From the NCBI GenBank assembly GCA_016185845.1, contig JACPMV010000046.1:1-56374 (forward strand): DNA of 56,374 bases. Reading direction: 5' to 3'. Source of the DNA: Candidatus Woesearchaeota archaeon. Lineage in GTDB: Archaea > Nanobdellota > Nanobdellia > Woesearchaeales > GW2011-AR4. The position numbers and the translations under genes were made by a program. Below, piece by piece: positions 8,603 to 17,395 of the stretch (position 1 is its first letter; each line of letters begins with the position of its first letter). The notes below the pieces were generated by a model. It saw nothing but the letters and a program-made list of their open reading frames with translations. It was not told the DNA's origin and searched no databases.

Positions 8603-9193
8603 TCATTTGCCAAGAGTTTGATCCCTTGCTCTTCGAGCTAAGGTATAACCTATTCTTACCTCACTGACAATTTCTTGATTTTCAATATTTGGATGAAAGA
8701 TACCATAAAATGGATTCCACCCTCCTCTAAATTTTCTTACAAAACCAGAGCCATCAAAAATGGGTTCATATGATTCCCAAAAACCATGTCCAGTTTTAAC
8801 TATTCTTTCTTTTACCTCAAAACATCTTTGGGCTACCTCATCAATGCTATCTGCACTTTTCTTTGGTGGTTCATCACTAAAACATACTCTTATATCATAC
8901 ATCCAACCCCTATCATAAAAGATAACTTGCGGTTGCGTATCTTTATTTATAGCAACCAGATAGACTACTGGGCGTCTGTCATTGTCTGTTGTGCTTACTC
9001 TGTAGCCTTCAAATTCACCTTTCACAATTGATGGGGAGTTAAACATATAATCATCTTTACCGGTAATTGCTCGGTATTCATAGTCTTGATCAAGAAATTC
9101 AGTGTATGCTCCAACAATAGCAGAAACTAGTAATGCAGCTCTTGTTTTTCTCCATCTTCTTCTCTTAGGTATCTTCTTAGGCTTCTTTTCCAT
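8603..9193 (-). CDS. Hypothetical membrane-anchored protein
   Basis: Basic N-terminus followed by one hydrophobic helix. No recognisable catalytic motif. Confidence 0.45.
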   Translation of the reverse strand: MEKKPKKIPKRRRWRKTRAALLVSAIVGAYTEFLDQDYEYRAITGKDDYMFNSPSIVKGEFEGYRVSTTDNDRRPVVYLVAINKDTQPQVIFYDRGWMYDIRVCFSDEPPKKSADSIDEVAQRCFEVKERIVKTGHGFWESYEPIFDGSGFVRKFRGGWNPFYGIFHPNIENQEIVSEVRIGYTLARRARDQTLGK

Positions 9194-9318
9194 ACTCGGA
9201 TAAGAATAGATTACTACTATATTAAAGTAGTGAAAATTTAAGGTATATACGATAAAATTAATATTTTATTGACATATATAATTTTACAGAAAACGTTATA
9301 ATTAACTAAATTTATTAG

Positions 9319-10014
9319 CTACTCTCCAAACCTTCTTTCTCTTTTATTGAACTCCTGTACGCATTTGACCAAATCTTTTTTTTTAAACTCTGGCCATAGC
9401 TTTTTGACAAATATCCATTCACTGTAGGCGCTCTGCCACATCAGAAAATTAGATGTCCTTATCTCCCCTCCGGGTCTTATGACCATGTCAGGCTCGCTTT
9501 GCAGGTAAAGATTCTGAGTTATCAGGCTTTCATTGATGTCGCTTGGCTTTATTTTTTTTGAATTTTTTATTGCCTTCCTGAAGGCATCAACTATCTCCTG
9601 CCTGCCTCCGTAAGCCATAGCAAAATTAACTGTGAACTTGCTGTATTTTTTTGTCTTTGACATTATTTCAAGCATAGAACGTTTCATACCTTTAGGAAAC
9701 ATGTTGATTCTTCCGATAAAATTAAACCTTATCCCTTCCTTAAAGACCCCTTTTTTCTCTTTTATATCCTCAATTTCGTTCCTGAACAAGCCAAACAGGT
9801 AATCAATCTCCCTTTTTGTCCTGTTGAAATTTTCAGTAGAGAATGTGTAAAGCGTCAGTTCTTTTACTCCAAGCTCCCGGCACCATTTAAACAGATCTTC
9901 GAGCTTCTTCAGCCCAAACTCATGACCTTTTAAGGAATTCAGGCCGAGCTTTTTGGCATATCTCCTGTTGCCGTCAAGGATAATTCCTATGTGATTAGGC
10001 GCCTTAGAAACCAT
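9319..10014 (-). CDS. uppS: Cis-prenyltransferase (undecaprenyl/di-trans,poly-cis-polyprenyl diphosphate synthase)
   Basis: HIGIILDGNRRYAKK, TLYTFSTENFNR, and an IRPGGEIRTSNFLMWQSAYSE signature. Confidence 0.9.
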   Translation of the reverse strand: MVSKAPNHIGIILDGNRRYAKKLGLNSLKGHEFGLKKLEDLFKWCRELGVKELTLYTFSTENFNRTKREIDYLFGLFRNEIEDIKEKKGVFKEGIRFNFIGRINMFPKGMKRSMLEIMSKTKKYSKFTVNFAMAYGGRQEIVDAFRKAIKNSKKIKPSDINESLITQNLYLQSEPDMVIRPGGEIRTSNFLMWQSAYSEWIFVKKLWPEFKKKDLVKCVQEFNKRERRFGE

Positions 10015-10053
10015 TGGAAAGCGAAAGCTAGATTTGTTTATATACCTTTTGAA

Positions 10054-10272
10054 TCAAACCCTGAACAGGAAAATAAGGCCCATTAACAGGCTGATTATGG
10101 AATATGAGATTATGGCAGCTTCCAGGTAGCCAAAAGCGCCCGCAGGTTCGCCGTCATATACTGCCCTTCCGGTAATCTCGGCTGCCGCGCCGTAATTAAA
10201 ATCTATAAAAGCCCCTGTAAACAATGCAATAATCCCACTTATAACAAGCAGGATTCCTATGTATTTTGTCAT
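10054..10272 (-). CDS. Small two-helix membrane protein
   Basis: 72 aa with two hydrophobic helices. Only ORF of this size in the gap. Confidence 0.4.
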   Translation of the reverse strand: MTKYIGILLVISGIIALFTGAFIDFNYGAAAEITGRAVYDGEPAGAFGYLEAAIISYSIISLLMGLIFLFRV

Positions 10273-10287
10273 TTTGTTTCTGCCTCT

Positions 10288-10782
10288 CTATTGTTTAAAT
10301 AATTTTCCAAACAGGCTGATAAAAACATCCTGCGGAATCTCGATTCCGGATTCGACAAAAGCCCTTGCCAGCCTGTAGCCGTCATTTGATTCGTCGCCTT
10401 CCGGCCTGAATTCAAATATGTTATTTAAAGTCAGGCTGCACATAAACCCCTCATTGATCATCAGAACAGCATTCCTCCCATTTTGCATGACCTTCATACT
10501 GTTTAAATCAATTGCAAAATTATTTTTATCTATCTCGTGCCTGAAAAGTTCCCACTCAATCAAATCGGTTATTATTTTCCTGAAGCCATTCTCAGCAACA
10601 TATTTTTCAACATTTTCAATTTTCACGAACTCAGGGAAACTAATGATATTTTTCACATTAAATGGGTAAGCTCTGCCGGCATAGCCGATTACCTTCTGCC
10701 TGCTGCCATTTTTCTTCCATTCGTTCTCAACAATATAGGAATACTCGTTGCCTTTGATTTTTTTAATTCTAAAGAACGCCAT
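10288..10782 (-). CDS. Hypothetical protein
   Basis: 164 aa ORF whose only overlaps are antisense shadow ORFs. No motif recognised. Confidence 0.45.
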   Translation of the reverse strand: MAFFRIKKIKGNEYSYIVENEWKKNGSRQKVIGYAGRAYPFNVKNIISFPEFVKIENVEKYVAENGFRKIITDLIEWELFRHEIDKNNFAIDLNSMKVMQNGRNAVLMINEGFMCSLTLNNIFEFRPEGDESNDGYRLARAFVESGIEIPQDVFISLFGKLFKQ

Positions 10783-10884
10783 TTAATCAGTTAGGCACTA
10801 TGAATTTATAAGCTTTTTGGCTCAGTTTTAGAATTATTTTCCTATATTGATTTAAGATTTAAGCGAACTTTTTTAGAAAAGGTT

Positions 10885-11163
10885 TTACTTTATAGCTGCA
10901 GCAAACTCTTTTTTGAATTTTTCATTTACCTTATGAATCCGCTGCACCGCATTTATTGTGGCATTTTTTGGGCTTATCTCGCCGTCAGTCTCAACAATCA
11001 TCTGCGGCACGCTTATCTGCGGATGCCTTATGCTGTAAGTTGCAATCTTGACATGCTTGTCATTAAGCAGCTCAGATTTCAGCGCATTGCACAATGTGTG
11101 GTCTGCGCCTTTGACTTCAACAATCAGCTTGTTTTTTTTGTCGTCGAGAATTTTAATTTCCAT
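10885..11163 (-). CDS. rpoL: DNA-directed RNA polymerase subunit L (Rpo11)
   Basis: The 92 aa size and the pattern EVKGADHTLCNALKSELLNDKHVKIATYSIRHP are typical of archaeal RpoL/eukaryotic Rpb11. Confidence 0.85.
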   Translation of the reverse strand: MEIKILDDKKNKLIVEVKGADHTLCNALKSELLNDKHVKIATYSIRHPQISVPQMIVETDGEISPKNATINAVQRIHKVNEKFKKEFAAAIK

Positions 11164-11245
11164 TTTGCTTATTCATTAGGACATTCACTTCATTTAAAAA
11201 TCTTTTGCTGTTTTATTCATCTGTTACTCAAACAGCCCCTCGTCG

Positions 11246-11878
11246 TCAAATCTTCTCAAACCTGAAGCAGCTGACATCTATCCTGCGTATTTGCCGACGG
11301 TGAAATGAAAAAGAAGCTTTCAGGGGAAATTTAAAATTCCAAATATGGGTGATTTTTGCGCCTTTTCCGGCTGAAAACCGCTCCAAAAAGCCCTTGCTCT
11401 CACTTTTATGGAAGGAGTACACAATTGGGGCTGTTTCAAGCGCTTTTTCAAGGAAAGAGATATCTGCATGCCTCTTCTTTGTGCCAAAGGGTGGATTCTG
11501 AATCACCACCTCTGCCTTGAGATTCCTTATGTCTGATATGCCCTGGCACTTGAATTCAGCCTTTCCGATACTATATCCCTCACTTTTCAGCTTTGAAATG
11601 CTGTTTTTGGCTGTTTCCAGGGCGTTTTTATCAGAATCTATGAATACTGCCCTATCTCCCCCCAGTAATAAGGCCCCAATACCCAAAATACCTGTTCCGC
11701 AGCCAAGATCCCCTATACTCTTTCCTTCTAGATCTCCCAGCAGATAAGCGTTCCAAATCACACTTGCTGCTACCTCGCTGTCTGTCGGATACTGCTCCTG
11801 CATCACTTTTGGGCTTTCAAAACCTTTCAGGCCCGATAAAATGATTGCAAGGCCCGATTTTGACATTGTTTTGCTCAT
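11246..11878 (-). CDS. Class I SAM-dependent N6-adenine-type methyltransferase (METTL5/COG2263-like)
   Basis: SAM motif I DLGCGTGILG and motif IV NPPFG. Confidence 0.8.
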   Translation of the reverse strand: MSKTMSKSGLAIILSGLKGFESPKVMQEQYPTDSEVAASVIWNAYLLGDLEGKSIGDLGCGTGILGIGALLLGGDRAVFIDSDKNALETAKNSISKLKSEGYSIGKAEFKCQGISDIRNLKAEVVIQNPPFGTKKRHADISFLEKALETAPIVYSFHKSESKGFLERFSAGKGAKITHIWNFKFPLKASFSFHRRQIRRIDVSCFRFEKI

Positions 11879-12202
11879 ATTAAACTCTCACTTTCCATGA
11901 ATAAGCTTTTGATATTTATATTTTTTCAATATGGAAATTAAATATTGTAGATATTTTTATCATTTCAATATTGGCTGTATGTTCTTAAGCTTACTCCCAC
12001 TTCATATTCACAAATTCAATAGTTATACATTATTTCAATATGGTAAATAATCAATATTATACCTTCCCTCTAACATCTGAGATACCCTCCTTTTATTTAA
12101 TTTTTTGCAAAATTTTGCCAAAACAATCAGATTAATCCGCGCAAAAAATATCGGTTTTAATCGATTTTAAAATTCAACAAAACAAAAACAGTATTGTATG
12201 GT

Positions 12203-12334
12203 CTGCCATGTCATTCCCAACCCAGTCCCACTATATTCCCAATATTGTCCTATTTCAGTCCTATTCTTTTTAATTTGTCGTCTAGAAATAGTCCCAAAAT
12301 AGTCCTATAATAGTCCCAGAATATTCCCAAGAAT
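12203..12334 (+). repeat. Degenerate tandem array of 11-bp units with (G/T)TCC(C/T)A cores in strict phase
   Basis: Core hexamers start at 12214, 12225, 12236, 12247, 12258, 12291, 12302, 12313 and 12324. All spacings are 11 bp or 33 bp. Degenerate units sit at 12203, 12269 and 12280. The array ends about 10 bp before a TATA-like tttaaataa. Confidence 0.85.
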
Positions 12335-12350
12335 CAAAAGATTTAAATAA

Positions 12351-13058
12351 ATGATAATAAATTCATTAATTATGTTCTGGAGAAAGGAAAAAAAAGATGA
12401 TGCAGGAGAGAAAAAATTAATCCAGATAAACGAGCTTCTCAAACTGTCATTCGGCAACGTAAAAAGGGACACAACAAATATCTTCAAGTGGCTGAATTAT
12501 TTGTATAGGAGAAACATGGAGCAGGAGCAGCTCATAAAACAGCTCCAGCTAGAGCTTTCCTATATGCCGAAAACAAGGGAAGACATCAGAAGGGTTATAG
12601 ACGAATACTACTCTTTTGAGGGCATGATGGCAAAAATAAGGGACTTGAATTCCAAAATAGATGAAATGGCAAATATTCATATGCAAAAACAGGCAGCGCC
12701 TCAGCAGGCTGTTGCTGTGCAAAAAGAAGCGCCAAAAGAGATGCAGAATGAAATAAGCACGCTTTACCAAAGGCTTGAAAGGCTGGAGCAAAAAAAGATG
12801 TCAATGAAGGAAAAGATAGTCAAAAAAATCACCAGGAACTCGAAGGATTATGTGAAAAGCATTATCATTTCCTATATCAGAAAATACGAGCAGGTATCTG
12901 CCCTGCAGCTCAAGGAAATCGTGGTTGACGAGCAGGATTTGTGCTCAAAAAGCTCATTCTACAGGCTGCTGGAGGAAATAGGGCAGTCGGATGAAATTGC
13001 AGTCATGAAGCAGGGCAAGGAAAAGCATTATCTTATGAGAATACTGAAGAAAAACTAG
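12351..13058 (+). CDS. Coiled-coil protein with a C-terminal winged-helix domain
   Basis: Heptad-like central region, then a C-terminal wHTH-like ALQLKEIVVDEQDLCSKSSFYRLLEEIGQSDEIAVMKQGKEKHY. The true start may be the ATG at 12372, which would give a leaderless spacing from the TATA at 12342. Confidence 0.55.
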   Translation: MIINSLIMFWRKEKKDDAGEKKLIQINELLKLSFGNVKRDTTNIFKWLNYLYRRNMEQEQLIKQLQLELSYMPKTREDIRRVIDEYYSFEGMMAKIRDLNSKIDEMANIHMQKQAAPQQAVAVQKEAPKEMQNEISTLYQRLERLEQKKMSMKEKIVKKITRNSKDYVKSIIISYIRKYEQVSALQLKEIVVDEQDLCSKSSFYRLLEEIGQSDEIAVMKQGKEKHYLMRILKKN

Positions 13059-13098
13059 CAAAATAGAAATCTATTTAAACAACCCTTAACTAAAAAAT

Positions 13099-13653
13099 TT
13101 GGGGGTGAGTGCAATTTTGAGAAAAATATTTCTTAGAGGAATTAATCTAAAATTAGCGCCAGTCAGCAGGAGATTAAGGCAGGAATTTGCCAGGATAAGG
13201 CAGGAATTTGACGAGCACCTGCTTGCAATAAACGAGAATACAAATGAGATAACAGCAAATTACGAGTGCATAGGGGAGATTGAAAACAAGCTGGACAGGC
13301 TGAGCGAAAGAGTGGACCAAATCCACATGTTTCTGGAATCAGCGGGAATGCCTGCTGCAAAGCGGAATAATTTCGATGTCAAGAGGCTTAACAGGAGGGA
13401 GCAGGATGTCTTCCTGGTCATCTACACTCTTGAAGAGGAGAAAGGCAGCGTCACTTATGCAGACATAGCTGAAAAGCTCGGCATTTCAGAGCAGCTTGCA
13501 GGCAATTATGTGACTTCAATCATCGAGAAAGGGGTGCCGATAATAAAACGCTACTTCAACTCAAAGCCGCATCTGAGGCTTGATCCGGAGTTCAAGACCT
13601 TGCAGGCAAAAGAGAACATACTGCAGCTGAGCCTTATGGAGTTCGGGTTTTGA
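13099..13653 (+). CDS. Coiled-coil protein with a C-terminal HTH domain
   Basis: Same architecture as the upstream gene. HTH region REQDVFLVIYTLEEEKGSVTYADIAEKLGISEQLAGNYVTSIIEKG. Non-ATG start (TTG 13099 or GTG 13105). Confidence 0.5.
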   Translation: MGVSAILRKIFLRGINLKLAPVSRRLRQEFARIRQEFDEHLLAINENTNEITANYECIGEIENKLDRLSERVDQIHMFLESAGMPAAKRNNFDVKRLNRREQDVFLVIYTLEEEKGSVTYADIAEKLGISEQLAGNYVTSIIEKGVPIIKRYFNSKPHLRLDPEFKTLQAKENILQLSLMEFGF

Positions 13654-13791
13654 ATTTTCTTTTAATTTTGATTTAATTATTTTAGGATTTGATTAAAAGA
13701 TTTAAGCGCATTGTCAATCAATAGCTTTTTATATGATTTGATCCGCTTGATTTTAAGGTGATTCAAAATTAGTGTATTTTCATCCATACTT

Positions 13792-14316
13792 TTGCCCTTA
13801 TGGGATTTTTTTTTGCATTGGCTGTCGATTTTCGCAGCTCCGCTGAAAGAGCCCGAGATGTGGTGGATTATTGTGCCGATATGGATCAATTGGTTATTTA
13901 CGGAATTTTTCCAGGAAAAGCACGGAACATCATTCGGAAATGCCATAAGCAACGGTGCAATCGCGATATTTGCGAGCATTGACTGGACAAGGTACATGTA
14001 CAGGCTTTACACGGAAGGGATAATAAGGAGTTTTACATTCGGGATTTTTCTGAAGGTCATAGTTTCACTTGGGGTTTTTGTTTACGGATTTTATGTGATA
14101 ATTCTAAGCATAAAGACCCATAAGCTTGTTTATTTAATCGGCAGGATAAGGTGGGTAACTTACCTTTTGGTGATGTTCACTCCGATTGTCTATAATGTGA
14201 TAAAGATGGATTTCTATACGCTTCTTGCAATTATCGTATTCTTCCCCCTGTATTACTGGATCATAGAAATTTTTGACAGAATAACGCCTGAGCCAAAGAC
14301 TTACAGGCACTCATAA
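13792..14316 (+). CDS. Polytopic membrane protein, unknown function
   Basis: Four to five hydrophobic helices. TTG start in the track; an ATG at 13858 is an alternative. Confidence 0.45.
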   Translation: MPLWDFFLHWLSIFAAPLKEPEMWWIIVPIWINWLFTEFFQEKHGTSFGNAISNGAIAIFASIDWTRYMYRLYTEGIIRSFTFGIFLKVIVSLGVFVYGFYVIILSIKTHKLVYLIGRIRWVTYLLVMFTPIVYNVIKMDFYTLLAIIVFFPLYYWIIEIFDRITPEPKTYRHS

Positions 14317-15174
14317 TTCATCCAAAGGGCTTTTTACTTTCTTCAGCTGCTGTGTCGAGACTTTTGTGTAAATCTGCGTCGTTGACAAATCAGAATGGCC
14401 TAAAAGCTCCTGTATGACCCTTATATCAGTCCCTGCTTCAAGCAGATGCGTTGCAAAGCTGCTTCTTAATGCATGGCAGAAAACCCTTTTCTTCAGGCCT
14501 GCTTTTTTTGCGTTTTCTTTAACAATATTTTGCGCCTGCCTTATTGTTATTGGCCTGCCTTTTACCGAGAAAATGTACTGGCTGCTGTCTTTCTTTTTTG
14601 TAATGTAATCGTTAAAATGATGGATCAGGTTATTGGAGAGTATGATGTACCTCTCCTTGTTGCCCTTGCCGTGCCTTATCTTGCCCATCTTTTCGCTTAA
14701 GTCAAGGTCGTCAATTTTCAGATTGACGCATTCGCTGACCCTTAATCCGGAAGAGTACATAAACTCGATAAGAAGCCTGTGCTTTGGATTATCAACAGCG
14801 TTAAGCAGTTTTTTTATCTCATCCTTTGTCAGTACTGTGGGGAGCTTTTTTTCCAGCTTTGGCGCCTTAACCTCATTAAAGGCTGGATTTTGCAATATTT
14901 CCCTGTAGAAGAACTTGAGAGAGCTTAAGGCAAGATTTGCGCTCCTTGGGCTGTATTTTCGTTCAGAGAGCAGGTAAGCAAGGTACCTCTTTGCATCATG
15001 CTCACCGACTTCCTTTGGATCTTTTTTAATGAACTCAATGAAATTTTTGCTGTGGTACTTATAGGAATCAACAGTCCTTTTGCTGAATCCCCTTATTTTG
15101 AGCTCTGTTTCAAGTTTATCCAGCATCTCTTCATTTTTTGACATAGTTAGTGGGATGAACTTGAGTAACATCAA
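14311..15174 (-). CDS. xerA: Tyrosine recombinase, archaeal XerA / XerCD family
   Basis: SAM-like N-domain. Catalytic region with R (GLRVSE), HALRSSFATHLLEAGTDIRVIQELLGHSDLSTTQIYT (H-x-x-R ... H ... Y). The start may be at 15144 (MSKNEE). Confidence 0.85.
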   Translation of the reverse strand: MMLLKFIPLTMSKNEEMLDKLETELKIRGFSKRTVDSYKYHSKNFIEFIKKDPKEVGEHDAKRYLAYLLSERKYSPRSANLALSSLKFFYREILQNPAFNEVKAPKLEKKLPTVLTKDEIKKLLNAVDNPKHRLLIEFMYSSGLRVSECVNLKIDDLDLSEKMGKIRHGKGNKERYIILSNNLIHHFNDYITKKKDSSQYIFSVKGRPITIRQAQNIVKENAKKAGLKKRVFCHALRSSFATHLLEAGTDIRVIQELLGHSDLSTTQIYTKVSTQQLKKVKSPLDEL

Positions 15175-15649
15175 AACCTTTTTTTCTTAAATTTTCCTTT
15201 ATTTCTTCATAATATTGATAAGTATGAATCATCTTATGGCAATTATGGCATAGGCCGATAAGATTCTTGTTGTCGTTATTTTTTCTATTCCCATCAAGAT
15301 GGTGCAGGGCAATGAGCTTATCAAAGCCGCATGATGCACATATTTTTGTAATTTGGCGTAGTTTTTCTAAGCTTATGTTATGGTCTTTTCTGGCATTATA
15401 ACTTAAGGTTAAATCATAGTGATGTAGTCTTGTATGACATCCACCGCAAAGCCCGAACGCCTTATGGGGTCTTAATCTCCCGCAGCTTTTACATTTAATT
15501 TCCTTGCTTTTCCAAGAATACTTCTTGTAACACTTGTAGCAGTAACCTTTGGAGTGATATTCCTTCCTTTCTTTACAACCTGGGCAATCAATTAGAAATC
15601 TTCCGTTGGGATTGGGATTTGGGTATTTTTTAATATTTTTAACAACCAT
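15131..15649 (-). CDS. HNH endonuclease with N-terminal Cys-rich zinc-ribbon repeats
   Basis: HHLDGNRKNNDNKNLIGLCHNCHKMIH is an HNH motif. Several CxxC pairs lie upstream of it. Confidence 0.75.
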   Translation of the reverse strand: MVVKNIKKYPNPNPNGRFLIDCPGCKERKEYHSKGYCYKCYKKYSWKSKEIKCKSCGRLRPHKAFGLCGGCHTRLHHYDLTLSYNARKDHNISLEKLRQITKICASCGFDKLIALHHLDGNRKNNDNKNLIGLCHNCHKMIHTYQYYEEIKENLRKKGFDVTQVHPTNYVKK

Positions 15650-15857
15650 TGGTTTTTCTTATGTTAAAGAATATAAAAATGTTCGCATTTTGAAAACCTG
15701 CGGACTTCCTGTAATACAGATTATACGAAGTTTTAAGCTTCAGAATTCAAGCAGAATAATTTTGTCGTCGGGAATCATTAAATTGCGCCGTGTTTTGCGC
15801 GATTTGGCCGGCTCTTTTGATTGAAATAAGGTATTTTTTGATTGATTGAAGAATGAA

Positions 15858-16010
15858 TCAGCGGTGATAGCTCGGATTTACTCCGACAGCCTTCATCTCC
15901 TCTGCGCCGCACTCGTTGCACCTGTAAACCTCATATTTTGAGTTGCCGCTTTGAATTATGCCTTTCTTGCTCATCTTGTCGTCGCATTTCCTGCATTTGA
16001 ATTCTGCCAT
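15858..16010 (-). CDS. Unlisted 50-aa zinc-ribbon protein
   Basis: My own translation is MAEFKCRKCDDKMSKKGIIQSGNSKYEVYRCNECGAEEMKAVGVNPSYHR, with two CxxC pairs. It falls below the 60-aa ORF track cutoff. Confidence 0.45.
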   Translation of the reverse strand: MAEFKCRKCDDKMSKKGIIQSGNSKYEVYRCNECGAEEMKAVGVNPSYHR

Positions 16011-16042
16011 TTTGCTTTTCCTGAACAAGGTGGTTTATATAA

Positions 16043-16507
16043 CTATTGATTTAGGATTAGCTTGTCATCGACATTAATCTTGTTGCCTGCCGCAAATCCG
16101 GCATTTACTTCAAGGACATATTTTGCAGGGCCTGATGAAGCATAATATTTGCAAGGGTCTTTGCTGCACGGCTCTGCGCCCTTGATGTCCACAATTTCAA
16201 AATTATTCCCAATGAAAATAATATCCAGGGGAATCAATGTGTTTTTCATCCAGAAAGTTTGAGGCCCCTCATTTTCAAAAATGAACAGCATTCCGGAATT
16301 TTCTTCAAGTTTTTCCCTGAACATAAGGCCTTTCATCATCTCTTCTTTGTCGTCTGCAATTTCAGCATTGATTCCGATTAATTCTCCACCATTGTCAATA
16401 AAGATTTCTTTTTGGGTTTTGTCGGAAATTTTTGTGCAATTTACTAAAAAAATCAGCATAAAAACCAACAAAATTTTAACGGAATTTTTTGCAAATTTTT
16501 TTGTCAT
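16043..16507 (-). CDS. Secreted DUF192 (COG1430) family protein
   Basis: N-terminal signal or lipobox-like VNC. Motifs GLMFRE, GMLFIF, FWMKNTLIPLDIIFI. Confidence 0.7.
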   Translation of the reverse strand: MTKKFAKNSVKILLVFMLIFLVNCTKISDKTQKEIFIDNGGELIGINAEIADDKEEMMKGLMFREKLEENSGMLFIFENEGPQTFWMKNTLIPLDIIFIGNNFEIVDIKGAEPCSKDPCKYYASSGPAKYVLEVNAGFAAGNKINVDDKLILNQ

Positions 16508-17395
16508 TTTTGATTGATTTTTTTCAAAATTTTTAATGTTTTCTATTCAAATTTACAATTATTAATTATTAAATATTGTAGTTAATTATTATATAATTTA
16601 GTTAACTTAATCTTTTTTATTGTATATTTTTTTATACTCTTGTTTTAATAAGTATTTTATAATAATTATATTTTTAATCTCCCTTTTCATTACATACTTT
16701 ATTAAATACTCCATATAACATACACTTTAAATAATATAAATTACTCATAATTTTATTTTCAATATTAAAAATCTTCAATTTTTAATCCCGAAAAATAATT
16801 TATTATTTTTCGATATAGAAAAATTTATCTTAAACGTGAAGTTGACTCATAAAAAGTGAGAGTTAAATAAGCAAAACAGAGTATATGGGTTAATCAGATA
16901 TACTCTTTTTAGAATAAAAGGGAATCAATATAGGGAGGCTAGGCTGATAAGGCAACCTAATTAAAACATTGGATCAAGCACCTCTTTTGTGTTAACCATA
17001 ATCTGGCTGGAAATAGTTAAGATGGTCAAGCCACCACCTCTAAAAATACCCCGGCTAAAACGTTAAAATAAGCATATTGTGAACTAACCTATAACAAACA
17101 CCATTAACAAAGCGGTTTACATAATAGAAAGTGAGGATTACATGATAAGTTAGGCACTATGAAAATAGCTAATTTTTTGTGCTAATACGGCTTATAACCC
17201 ATGAATCTAGCCTTTATAGGCGTTTTAAACAATAATCAAATATGGTGCTAAACTGAGTTTATGGAAGGATTAGCCAATTGGGTACTAATCTAATTTTTGG
17301 ATATAATCTTAACAAAAAATAACTATTCTGGATTTGTTTGGCGCAAGCTGCTTTTGGTAATTTGTCGACGGGAAATTGATTTTATGGCTATAATT

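Noticed and set aside
12203-12334. A CRISPR array interpretation of the short repeats.
   Set aside because: The unit length is 11 bp with no spacers of 25-50 bp, no cas genes are present, and the repeats are degenerate. This is a phased tandem repeat, not a CRISPR.
15704-15731. Resemblance of tatacgaagtt to the loxP arm.
   Set aside because: It is an 11-nt coincidence with a phage P1 site and has no biological meaning here. It is retained only as a generic dif-like palindrome with an explicit statistical caveat.
10789-17164. An exact 16-mer, agttaggcactatgaa, present at 10789-10804 and 17149-17164.
   Set aside because: About one such coincidence is expected by chance among all pairs in 56 kb of AT-biased sequence. 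The flanks show no further similarity.
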